From: an uncultured Alphaproteobacteria bacterium
GTDB lineage: Bacteria; Pseudomonadota; Alphaproteobacteria; Rs-D84
Length of the DNA: 64,000 nucleotides
NCBI GenBank assembly: GCA_934255455.1
Contig: CAKQNS010000002.1
Span: 11,007 to 75,006 of the forward strand
Reading direction: 5' to 3'
The notes below the pieces were generated by a model, which searched no databases, had not been told where the DNA came from, and saw only the letters and a program-made list of their open reading frames with translations. A program made the position numbers and the translations under genes. Each line of letters begins with the position of its first letter. Within the stretch, counting starts at the first letter, position 1. Below, piece by piece: positions 55,744-64,000 of this stretch.

Positions 55744-57171
55744 TCATCGCAAATACGACGACGGGTTGTATGCCTTGGTTCCCTTGCGAATTTCAAAGTG
55801 CAATTGCGGTTTGTCGACCTTGCCCGTGGCGCCGACCGTACCAATTTTCTGGCCAACCGACACACGCGCGCCGCGACGCACCGCCATTGAATCCATGTGT
55901 GCATAAACCGTCATCCAACCACCAGAATGCTGAATTATGACCAGGTTGCCCATACCTTTGACCTCGTTCCCGGCGTATGCAACAACACCATTTTCCGCCG
56001 CTTTGACCGCCGTGCCACGCGCGGCGCTGATATTTATACCATCGTTAAACAAACCGCCCGATTTTGCGCCATAGTGAGACAAAATCTTGCCCCGGACCGG
56101 CCACGAGAATTTTGATGATGATCGCGCCGCGATTGCTGGCAATTTTTTCGTTGGGTCGGACGATATTTTTTGCTTGGCCGGTTTGGTTTGGGTGGACGTT
56201 TTGATGGTGGCCGTGGTCCCCTGTTGTGTTGTTTTTGCCGCGGGTGTCGCCGATTGCGCGGGACGCGCGGGTGATTGTGGGGCCACCGTGGTTGCACCAC
56301 GCACCGGGGCAGATGCCAGGTTTGGAACCTTTAATTTTTGACCAACCGACAATGTAAATGGTGCCGAAATATTATTCATAACCGCCAAATCATTGACCGG
56401 GACCGAATATTTACGCGACAGCGAATATAATGTATCGCCCGCACCAACGGTAATTTCCGTCAATTGTACCCGCGTTGTTGTTGGCACATTTTTTGGCGTC
56501 GCCGGCGTTGCAGATGGCACCGCCGATGCAGTCGCGGCGCGCGGCGCCGATTGGGTTATGTACAATTTCTGGCCAATCTGCAATGGCTTTGACATATCCA
56601 GGTTATTTTTATTGGCCAATGCCTCGGGCGTGGTGGCGTATTGTTGTGCCAATGAATACAGTGTATCGCCACGGGTCACGGTTATGGTCGCGTTTGCCGT
56701 CGTGGGCGCAACATCTGCGCCATTATTATATTCCGGCACCGTTAAATAATCATCGGGCACCAATGTTGTTTGCGCGGACGCGCCCCCGGTCGGCGCATCT
56801 GTTTGTGTTATAACGACCGATGTTTCGGCATCATTTGTCACCGGCACAGATTCCGGCGGTGTACCATACATAATTGTTGTTTCCGATTGGGTCGGTGGAA
56901 CGATATAATCATCGACACTGGCGTATGTGACATAGTCAGATGTATCAACCGAACCGTACAATTGTGGCGACGCGTACACACCATAGTCACTTGCCGCCGA
57001 ATTATAAATTTCGGGCTGGGCATTCGGGTCGGCCAACAATGTTGGATAACGCGCGGCGATAAAATCGCCAACCGAATCCGGCAATGATGTTATCTTTGGC
57101 TGTAAATCACACCCCGATATAATCGGCAAAACCGTCACACAAAAAAATAACCAGATTTTTTTCACACACAA
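55744..57171 (-). CDS. nlpD: LysM-domain M23 peptidase lipoprotein (NlpD-like murein hydrolase activator)
   Basis: Lipobox ISGC. Pro/Thr-rich linker. Two LysM repeats (TRGDTLYSLAQQY…; VGAGDTLYSLSRKY…). C-terminal M23 domain (…GINISAARGTAVKAAENGVVAYAG…LVIIQHSGGWMTVYAH…). Confidence 0.85.
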   Translation of the reverse strand: MCVKKIWLFFCVTVLPIISGCDLQPKITSLPDSVGDFIAARYPTLLADPNAQPEIYNSAASDYGVYASPQLYGSVDTSDYVTYASVDDYIVPPTQSETTIMYGTPPESVPVTNDAETSVVITQTDAPTGGASAQTTLVPDDYLTVPEYNNGADVAPTTANATITVTRGDTLYSLAQQYATTPEALANKNNLDMSKPLQIGQKLYITQSAPRAATASAVPSATPATPKNVPTTTRVQLTEITVGAGDTLYSLSRKYSVPVNDLAVMNNISAPFTLSVGQKLKVPNLASAPVRGATTVAPQSPARPAQSATPAAKTTQQGTTATIKTSTQTKPAKQKISSDPTKKLPAIAARSSSKFSWPVRGKILSHYGAKSGGLFNDGINISAARGTAVKAAENGVVAYAGNEVKGMGNLVIIQHSGGWMTVYAHMDSMAVRRGARVSVGQKIGTVGATGKVDKPQLHFEIRKGTKAYNPSSYLR

Positions 57172-57208
57172 ATTATATCACAAATTGTGTAATAAATGAA
57201 AAGTAATC

Positions 57209-57925
57209 TTATTCAGATGGGCCGTCCCGCATGAACAATATGCTGGATTCAAACAATATCCACATTGGCAAAGCCAATGCAATTTGCGACACAACATCTG
57301 GGGGCGTTAAAATCGCCGCCACGATAACAATCAGAACAATCGCATACCGGCGCATTTTTATCACGCGCGCACGCGACAGCACCCCAATACGATTCAACAA
57401 AACCAGCGCCAATGGCAATTGGAACGCAATGCCGAAAACCTTTAACATACCAATTGCAAAGCCCAAGTAATCGCGCGCAGCGGGAATCAATATGGCTGGC
57501 ACCGGCGCCGATGTATTTAATTCCATAAAAAATCCAAACACAAATGGGAACATTACATAAAATGCAAACGCCCCACCGATTATAAATAATATCGGCGACA
57601 AAACCAAAAACGGCCAAATAAAATTACGTTCGGTATTTTTCAGGCCCGGCGCAATATATTGCCATAACTGATACAGTCCAAACGGAATCACAAATATAAT
57701 TCCAACCAACACCGCCAATGAAAACCGTATCATTAAACCGTCGGATATATTGTTATACAGCAATGCCCCATCGGGCCACACGCGCATCAATGGCGCGGTC
57801 AATAATTCTTGAGCATGCGGGGCAATATACCACCCACAAATTACCGCCACCAAAAACATTCCGAATGTCCACAGCACACGGCGACGTAATTCGGCGAAAT
57901 GTTGCATCATAGTCATTTTTTGCAT
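57209..57925 (-). CDS. tatC: Twin-arginine translocase subunit TatC
   Basis: …HFAELRRRVL… six TM. TatC-family blocks throughout. Confidence 0.9.
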   Translation of the reverse strand: MQKMTMMQHFAELRRRVLWTFGMFLVAVICGWYIAPHAQELLTAPLMRVWPDGALLYNNISDGLMIRFSLAVLVGIIFVIPFGLYQLWQYIAPGLKNTERNFIWPFLVLSPILFIIGGAFAFYVMFPFVFGFFMELNTSAPVPAILIPAARDYLGFAIGMLKVFGIAFQLPLALVLLNRIGVLSRARVIKMRRYAIVLIVIVAAILTPPDVVSQIALALPMWILFESSILFMRDGPSE

Positions 57926-58209
57926 TTTGTGCCCCGCCCTGTCTTTCTGGTTTTCTTGGGTGCAATTGGTGTCGAAAATTCCGCCAGCACATCATCAGTC
58001 GTCGTGCGTATCAATTCATCAATTGGTTGTTCCAATTCAATGGTATTTTTTATCTGTTCAGATGCATCGGTAATTTTCCAAATTATTTGGCGTACAAATT
58101 TTACCACACGCGCAATTGCACGCGCCACATCGGGCCACATGCGCGGTGGCAAAACCAATACCGCAACCAAAATTATTACCGCAAATTCAGCCCAACTGAT
58201 TCCGAACAT
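57913..58209 (-). CDS. tatB: Twin-arginine translocase TatA/TatB-family protein (TatB-like)
   Basis: MFGISWAEFAVIILVAVLVLPPRMWPDVARAIARVVKFVRQ… N-terminal TM plus amphipathic helix. Overlaps the tatC start by 13 nt. Confidence 0.75.
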   Translation of the reverse strand: MFGISWAEFAVIILVAVLVLPPRMWPDVARAIARVVKFVRQIIWKITDASEQIKNTIELEQPIDELIRTTTDDVLAEFSTPIAPKKTRKTGRGTKCKK

Positions 58210-58220
58210 ATACCAATCCA

Positions 58221-58835
58221 TCAATCATAGAAATCGTCGCCGCCACTGGTGCTGACGGTTTTGTGTCGTGATATTTGAAAATAGTTTTTCCCGAAATCTG
58301 TTTTTGTTTTCAGCCCCGAAAACGCGACATCGGTTGTTGTGCCGGTGGCGTCAACGACACTCCACGAATTTAACTTTACGGGCTTCTTGTCAAATACAAC
58401 CGTCATGTGCCCCAAACCCTCTTGACCGCGCAAATTTAATTTTAACGAAAAAGTTCTTTTATCATCTGTGGTTTCAACAACATTTATATCGGCATTTTTC
58501 AAATCAATTTTTTTGCGAATTAAAATGCCAGCGGGGGTACTGGTCAATGGCACAGTTGTAATTTGGTCCAGTGAACTGTCAAAAAAATACAAATCGCGAC
58601 CGTCAGCAATCAATTGCACCGGCATATCGTTATAGTCCAACCGAACACGACCCGGGCGCAACATAGAAAACACACCATGCTGTTTTTTACCAGACGCAGT
58701 TTGCGTGAAATCACCGGTCAGCCCAGTTATAGAATTCAAATATTTTTCCGCCGAATTCACCAAAGCATTGTCAACCGCGGCACGGGCCGGAATTACCATC
58801 ATGCACAACAAAATTGCGGCAAATATTTTTTTCAT
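58221..58835 (-). CDS. lolA: Outer-membrane lipoprotein carrier protein LolA-like
   Basis: Signal peptide. …GDFTQTASGKKQHGVFSMLRPGRVRLDY…LYFFDSSLDQIT… LolA half-barrel pattern. Confidence 0.65.
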   Translation of the reverse strand: MKKIFAAILLCMMVIPARAAVDNALVNSAEKYLNSITGLTGDFTQTASGKKQHGVFSMLRPGRVRLDYNDMPVQLIADGRDLYFFDSSLDQITTVPLTSTPAGILIRKKIDLKNADINVVETTDDKRTFSLKLNLRGQEGLGHMTVVFDKKPVKLNSWSVVDATGTTTDVAFSGLKTKTDFGKNYFQISRHKTVSTSGGDDFYD

Positions 58836-59788
58836 AATTGCTCCTTTTTGAACAAATCCAATAATTTTGTGCGAACATTTTCCAATGTGTCGTCAATAAC
58901 AGCGCCAGCTGCGAATGTATGCCCCCCACCACCCATTGCCGTTGCAATGTGTTCAACCGGGTGACTGCGCCCGCGCAGTGACAGGCCAATCTTATTTTCT
59001 TTTTGTTCTTTTAATAACGCAATACATTCAACGCCACGTATTTGCGCCAACAAATTCAAAATCAATTCACCGCGACCATCCAAATGCTTGTAATCTTTTT
59101 TGAAAACCGTTGCCAACGCCAATTTTCCACGGAATAAAAATTCGGCATTAGAAACAACCGCGGCCTCGGTCTGGACGGCGCGACGCGGTTTGTTGTTCAT
59201 ACCATCGGCCAATTCGGCAATGTTTGCACCCGCGTCCACCAAATCGGCCATTATGCGCAAAACATCACCACGACGGGCAAATTTGAAAAAACCGGTATCG
59301 GTCAATATAGACACCGACAACAAATCGCGAACAATATCATCAGATTTCCAATTTAATTCCCGCATTATCTGATACACAATTTGACCAGCGGCCATTGCTG
59401 TATCATCGTCGATGCACAATTGTGCCACATGCGCGTCATTTATATGATGGTCGATTTCAACGGTATACCGCGCGTTTTCCAAAATAGGCATTGTGCCACC
59501 GATGTTTCGTGCCGTACCATAATCCATCACAATCGCAACATCAAACGGGCGCGCCAGATCCAAATGTTCAAAATATGTTATGCGATGCCGTTCGGGCACA
59601 TTATCCAACGCATCGGGAATATTACCATCGTATGTACAAATTGGACGACGACCATAATTTAATTCTATCAACCGCGCCAATGCCAACACGCTGCACAACG
59701 CATCACCATCGGGATTTTTATGTGCAAAAATTGCAATCGAACGCGCCGACCGAATTTTCTCGTCAAAAATTTTCAGTTTATCATCCAT
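58832..59788 (-). CDS. nrnA: DHH-DHHA1 phosphoesterase, NrnA-like (nanoRNase / pAp phosphatase)
   Basis: DHH motifs (…IFAHKNPDGDALCS…, …VEIDHHINDAH…) and DHHA1 (…GGGGHTFAAGA…). 318 aa. Confidence 0.8.
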   Translation of the reverse strand: MDDKLKIFDEKIRSARSIAIFAHKNPDGDALCSVLALARLIELNYGRRPICTYDGNIPDALDNVPERHRITYFEHLDLARPFDVAIVMDYGTARNIGGTMPILENARYTVEIDHHINDAHVAQLCIDDDTAMAAGQIVYQIMRELNWKSDDIVRDLLSVSILTDTGFFKFARRGDVLRIMADLVDAGANIAELADGMNNKPRRAVQTEAAVVSNAEFLFRGKLALATVFKKDYKHLDGRGELILNLLAQIRGVECIALLKEQKENKIGLSLRGRSHPVEHIATAMGGGGHTFAAGAVIDDTLENVRTKLLDLFKKEQL

Positions 59789-59797
59789 ATATAAATC

Positions 59798-61573
59798 CTA
59801 TATTGCAATATCTTCAACAAAGAATTGCGCACTTTTGCGGCCATTATATTCGTTTTCTTTCAACCGCCCCAGCATTGTAATTGTAGTGTTTGTGTTTGCA
59901 TCGTCCAGTAAAAAATCACCAACCGGCGTTCCAACCAGATTAAACCCGACAAACGCCAATTGACCGTTGCTGGTCATAACATTGCCGCGCAAATGCGCGC
60001 CATTACCCATAACACTGGCAAAGCGCAACGACGCCCCATGCAGAATCAACATTGGTTCGGGGTTGCCCTGGCCGAATGGTTCCAGTGCGCCCATTTGTTC
60101 AATCAATTTCATATTTGCAGCACCGGCGTCTAATTCGGCATCGGCCACAATTTCACATGTTGGGATTTCGCCATTTAATTGCGCTCGCACGGCATTTTCC
60201 AGAAATTCGCGGAACGCGGCCTCGTTTTCCGTACGCAAAGAAAATCCCGCCGCCGCCGCATGACCGCCGCCCTCGGACACAACGCCCGCCGCCAATGCAT
60301 CGTGAATAATGCGGCCTAAATCGACCCCGGCAATAGAACGGCCCGAACCATTTATCATACCATCGGCACGCGTCGCGACGCATGATGGCAAATTATATTT
60401 ATCCTTTAACCGGCCTGCAATAATTCCCATAACACCGCCATGCCAATTATCGCCACAAACAAACAAACTGCAATTGCCGGTCTGTTTGCATTTTTCGGCC
60501 TGGGCATCGGCACACAACATAATTGCATTTTGAATATCAATGCGTTCCTGGTTCATGTGGTGCAATTTATTTGCCAAATCGCCCGCAATCAATGGATTAT
60601 CGGTCAACAGCAATTCCAATGCCGGTGCGGCCGAATCCAACCGCCCCGCCGCATTCAACCGCGGCCCCAACGCAAACCCGGCCGCATATACAGATGGCCG
60701 ACGAATACCCGCAACATCCATCAATACGCGCAGCCCCAAATTTTGGTGCAACCCCAATACTTTCAGTCCCGTTGCAACAAACGCGCGGTTTAATCCAACC
60801 AACGGCATAGTGTCACAAATGGTCCCCAACGCCACCAAATCCAAATAATTCATCAAATTCAGATTATTCACGCGCGCCCGCATATCATCGGATAAATCGC
60901 GCGATTTTAATTCACGTCGCAATGCAACCATTGTCAAAAATGCAACACCAACCCCCGCCAGATATGATAACCCAGACGTGTCATCCGTGCGTTTTGGATC
61001 AATCACCGCATCGGCTGCCGGCAAAACCGCGTCGGGTGAATGGTGGTCGGTCACAACAACCCGCATTCCCAATTCGCGTGCATGTGCGACATCGGACGCG
61101 CCGGAAATTCCACAATCAACCGTTATCAGCAACTTTGCGTCCTGGGACGCAATTTCATCAATTGCATGCGCGTTCAGGCCATATCCTTCGCCCTCGCGGG
61201 TGGGCAAATGCCAAATACAATCCACCCCCAACGCCCGCAAACATTTAATGCAAATTGCGGTCGATGTAATTCCATCAACATCATAGTCACCGTATATTGC
61301 AATTTTATCACCACGCAAAACACTGTCTGCAATGATGCGCGCGGCATCGTCCATATCGTGCAGCACAGATGGATCTGGCATATATTCTTTGATACTGGGG
61401 TTCAGGAACTTTTCCTGGGCATCGGCCCCAGTCACACCACGACTGACCAAAATTTTTTGTACTAAATTATCAGCCCCGGCGGCGCCATCATCAGATGTCG
61501 CCACCATCCATGCCCGCCCCAGCATGGATTTATCTACTACTTTTCTCACGCTATACTCTTTTTTTATTATCAA
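59798..61573 (-). CDS. recJ: Single-stranded-DNA-specific exonuclease RecJ
   Basis: DHH motifs (IAIYGDYDVDGITSTA…, VVVTDHHSP), DHHA1 (…GGGHAAAAGFSL…), C-terminal OB domain. ~590 aa. Confidence 0.9.
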   Translation of the reverse strand: MIIKKEYSVRKVVDKSMLGRAWMVATSDDGAAGADNLVQKILVSRGVTGADAQEKFLNPSIKEYMPDPSVLHDMDDAARIIADSVLRGDKIAIYGDYDVDGITSTAICIKCLRALGVDCIWHLPTREGEGYGLNAHAIDEIASQDAKLLITVDCGISGASDVAHARELGMRVVVTDHHSPDAVLPAADAVIDPKRTDDTSGLSYLAGVGVAFLTMVALRRELKSRDLSDDMRARVNNLNLMNYLDLVALGTICDTMPLVGLNRAFVATGLKVLGLHQNLGLRVLMDVAGIRRPSVYAAGFALGPRLNAAGRLDSAAPALELLLTDNPLIAGDLANKLHHMNQERIDIQNAIMLCADAQAEKCKQTGNCSLFVCGDNWHGGVMGIIAGRLKDKYNLPSCVATRADGMINGSGRSIAGVDLGRIIHDALAAGVVSEGGGHAAAAGFSLRTENEAAFREFLENAVRAQLNGEIPTCEIVADAELDAGAANMKLIEQMGALEPFGQGNPEPMLILHGASLRFASVMGNGAHLRGNVMTSNGQLAFVGFNLVGTPVGDFLLDDANTNTTITMLGRLKENEYNGRKSAQFFVEDIAI

Positions 61574-61591
61574 GAGTATTATAATCGAAAA

Positions 61592-63229
61592 TTATTCAAA
61601 TAGCAACGGCAGGATACTGTCAAGAATTTTTCCCGTTGTTGGCACCGCATTCCATGCCGCCGTGCGCAATCCCCAGTTTTCTTTTATACCCTGGGGTTCG
61701 TCCAAAATCACCAATATCGTATATTGGGGTGCCGCCGCCGGGAATATTCCGGCAAATGCGGTCAAATTGCGTTTACGGTCAACACGTCCATGCGCATCAT
61801 ATTTAACCGCCGTTGCAGTTTTGCCGCCAATTTGAATTCCGGCGACACGCGCCTGTTTACCACTGGTTTCTTCGGCAATGCGCAACATTACCCCGCGCAG
61901 ACGCGCCGATATTTCATCGGACAACACGCGCACGCCACGCACCGCGCCAACATCGCGTTTTTGTAATGTTGGATAAATATATATTCCGCCATTTGTCATA
62001 GCATTTACCGCCAACAACAAATGCATTGGTGTGACCGATATACCGTGCCCGTACGACATTGTTGCGCGTTCAACAGGCCCCCATTTTGCCGGCATAATCG
62101 GATGTTCAGTTCGCCCAAATTCCAAATCCAACGGTGCATCAAAATTCAGACGATGGAAAAATTCGCGTTGGGTTCCATCAGGTAAATCCAATGCGATTTG
62201 CGCACTGCCCACATTGCACGAATGCAACATAATCTCTTCGACGGACAAATATGGACGCGGTGGTTTAAAACTGGAAACATCGGAAATTCGCGCAGCCGTG
62301 CGGCCAAATTTATCGGGAATTTTGAACGGTTCTTTGATGTAATATTCTTTGTTTATACCATTTTCCATCGCCATGGCGGTATTAAATATTTTGAATATAG
62401 ACCCCATTTCATATACGCCACGCAACGGTTTGAACAACCGATTTTGTTCAAATTCACGGTTGCGAACCTCGGGATCAAAATCGGGCAAAGACACCATTGC
62501 CAACATTTCACCTGTTCGCGAATTCATCAGCATACCCATGGCTGATTTTGCCTGGTATTTCTGCATAGCAATTGACAACTGTTCATAAAATACCGATTGA
62601 ATACGCGCATCCAGCGACAACCGCAATGGCATAGTATTTTCACGCAGGTAATCGTCGTATATGCGCTCTACCCCCTCTTGACCATGTTGACCATCACGAC
62701 TAACAAAACCAACGATGTGCGAAAACAACCGACGTTTCGGATACCTGCGCTTTTGAATCGGTTCTATTTCCACCCCCTCGATACGCGCCTTGGATATTGT
62801 TTCGCGCTGGGTGTCACTGACAAATTTTTTCAGATAAATAAATTTGCGATCTGAATTTATCAAATTCAATGCATCCGCGACCGTATAGTCAAACGGCAAC
62901 ACCTGGTGAATCAGATTGGCGGCCTTGTCCTTGTCTTTATCTTGGATGCGATTCGGATGCAATGTGATATGCCCCGACATAATATTTTTTGCCAATATAT
63001 CGCCATTGCGGTCAACAATATCGGCACGTGCCACAACCCACGCGCCATCGCCACCCGGCAACCGCGATCGGTCGGTTCCCTGGACACCCAACCACAATGT
63101 GCGCACGGCAAACAATACAAATGCAATTTTCAACAAACCATAAACAAAACGCAACCGCGAATGCGCAACGCGGTCGCCGCTGTTTGCAACAAATCCAGAT
63201 TTCAAAATGTCTTGACCGACATCAAACAT
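61592..63229 (-). CDS. ftsI: Peptidoglycan D,D-transpeptidase FtsI (PBP3; class B PBP)
   Basis: N-terminal TM, dimerisation domain, transpeptidase motifs SxxK (GSIFKIF), SxN (SCN), KTG (GGKTATA). Confidence 0.85.
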   Translation of the reverse strand: MFDVGQDILKSGFVANSGDRVAHSRLRFVYGLLKIAFVLFAVRTLWLGVQGTDRSRLPGGDGAWVVARADIVDRNGDILAKNIMSGHITLHPNRIQDKDKDKAANLIHQVLPFDYTVADALNLINSDRKFIYLKKFVSDTQRETISKARIEGVEIEPIQKRRYPKRRLFSHIVGFVSRDGQHGQEGVERIYDDYLRENTMPLRLSLDARIQSVFYEQLSIAMQKYQAKSAMGMLMNSRTGEMLAMVSLPDFDPEVRNREFEQNRLFKPLRGVYEMGSIFKIFNTAMAMENGINKEYYIKEPFKIPDKFGRTAARISDVSSFKPPRPYLSVEEIMLHSCNVGSAQIALDLPDGTQREFFHRLNFDAPLDLEFGRTEHPIMPAKWGPVERATMSYGHGISVTPMHLLLAVNAMTNGGIYIYPTLQKRDVGAVRGVRVLSDEISARLRGVMLRIAEETSGKQARVAGIQIGGKTATAVKYDAHGRVDRKRNLTAFAGIFPAAAPQYTILVILDEPQGIKENWGLRTAAWNAVPTTGKILDSILPLLFE

Positions 63230-63231
63230 AT

Positions 63232-63537
63232 CTATTTATTATCCCCCGGGACATTGCGCATTGGTAAATCATCAACAGAAACACTTTTGTGAAAACTTAT
63301 AACCTCGGGATGGGGGGGAATGTTATCAACCAAATTGCGTAATATTTCGGGGCGAACATACGATGCAAAATTAGCCTGGCGGGCGGCAATCTGTTGTTGC
63401 GTTTGGACAATTTCATCACGCACATGCCGGCGCGCCTTATTCTGTGTACGATAACATACCTGTAATGTAGTGGTCAGCAATATGACCGCCCCCAGCGACC
63501 ATACACCAATTTGAAACATTCTCTCGTCTTCATTCAT
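63232..63537 (-). CDS. ftsL: Cell-division protein FtsL
   Basis: ~100-aa bitopic protein (TM VWSLGAVILLTTTLQV, then coiled-coil-like segment) immediately upstream of ftsI. Confidence 0.6.
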   Translation of the reverse strand: MNEDERMFQIGVWSLGAVILLTTTLQVCYRTQNKARRHVRDEIVQTQQQIAARQANFASYVRPEILRNLVDNIPPHPEVISFHKSVSVDDLPMRNVPGDNK

Positions 63538-63572
63538 CCCTGTGTGCCTGTGATTTTATATGGTACAGTGTA

Positions 63573-63935
63573 TCACAAATTTTGCAAAAAACTAATCATA
63601 GAATTCACACCGTTTAACCGTCCCGCCCCCAGCGGCAACCCCAGCGCAGAAAATTCGCCCGCCAGGTCCATTTTTTTTATCTCGTCGGGACTTTTACCAT
63701 CAACCATCGCCGTTATAATTGCGACAATCCCGCGAACAATTGCAGAATCGGCACGGCCATAAAACCGATTGCCATCGCGGCAAATTTCGGCATGTGATGC
63801 GCACCCAACAATATCGCTGCACACGGCCGCATCGGGCACCGCCGGCGCATGCGCCCCAATGTCCATTACCATTTCCAGTTTTTCGGCCGGCCCGTCCACC
63901 ATGGCCAATGTCGATTTTATTTGTTCGTATGTCAT
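63573..63935 (-). CDS. sufE: SufE-like cysteine desulfuration acceptor protein
   Basis: …VCSDIVGCASHAEI… (GC.S active-site Cys) and …GRADSAIVRGIVAIITAMVDGKSPDEI…SALGLPLGAGRLNGVNSMISFLQN… align with the SufE C-terminal blocks. Confidence 0.6.
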   Translation of the reverse strand: MTYEQIKSTLAMVDGPAEKLEMVMDIGAHAPAVPDAAVCSDIVGCASHAEICRDGNRFYGRADSAIVRGIVAIITAMVDGKSPDEIKKMDLAGEFSALGLPLGAGRLNGVNSMISFLQNL

Positions 63936-64000
63936 ACAATTACCACCCATGTTCGGTTAAATCCAATTCCAATCGCGCCGCGTCCGACATACGCGACAAA

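Noticed and set aside
1-64000. Searched for CRISPR arrays, transposases, integrases, reverse transcriptase (a DGR that could explain the variable surface family) and rRNA
   Set aside because: No regularly spaced direct repeats with unique spacers. No DDE, Tyr or Ser recombinase or RT motifs (YxDD) in any frame. No rRNA-like conserved segments.

Overview
Gene-dense chromosomal segment with about 75 protein-coding genes, two tRNAs and no rRNA, CRISPR array, transposase or integrase. Housekeeping proteins (DnaN, DnaA, Pal, TolB, FtsEX, SufBC, GatCAB, TatBC, LolA, PlsY/PlsC/PgsA, EF-P, ParE, RecJ, FtsI) look alphaproteobacterial by motif-level similarity. Broken conserved clusters (ftsL-ftsI followed by recJ; pal separated from tolB; gatCA-tRNA-gatB; dnaA not next to dnaN) suggest a compact, probably host-associated genome; this is inference. 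Five things stand out. (1) A co-oriented tandem array of five paralogous secreted repeat proteins at 1.76-6.97 kb, with collagen-like and phage-tail-fibre-like segments, 30-bp tandem repeats and near-identical segmental duplications, next to an outer-membrane beta-barrel gene. (2) Scattered type IVb (Tcp/Bfp/R64-thin-pilus-like) pilus parts: a TcpA-like pilin, a TcpQ/PilL-like gene plus lipoprotein secretin pair, and an orphan VirB2/TrbC-like pilin. (3) A canonical CdaA diadenylate cyclase, unusual for this clade, with an NrnA-like DHH phosphoesterase elsewhere. (4) A tandem pair of unknown paralogs beside a cysteine-rich secreted protein. (5) Three families of dispersed intergenic palindromic or terminator-like repeats. 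All calls rest on reading the translated ORFs and the DNA by eye; no database search was run.
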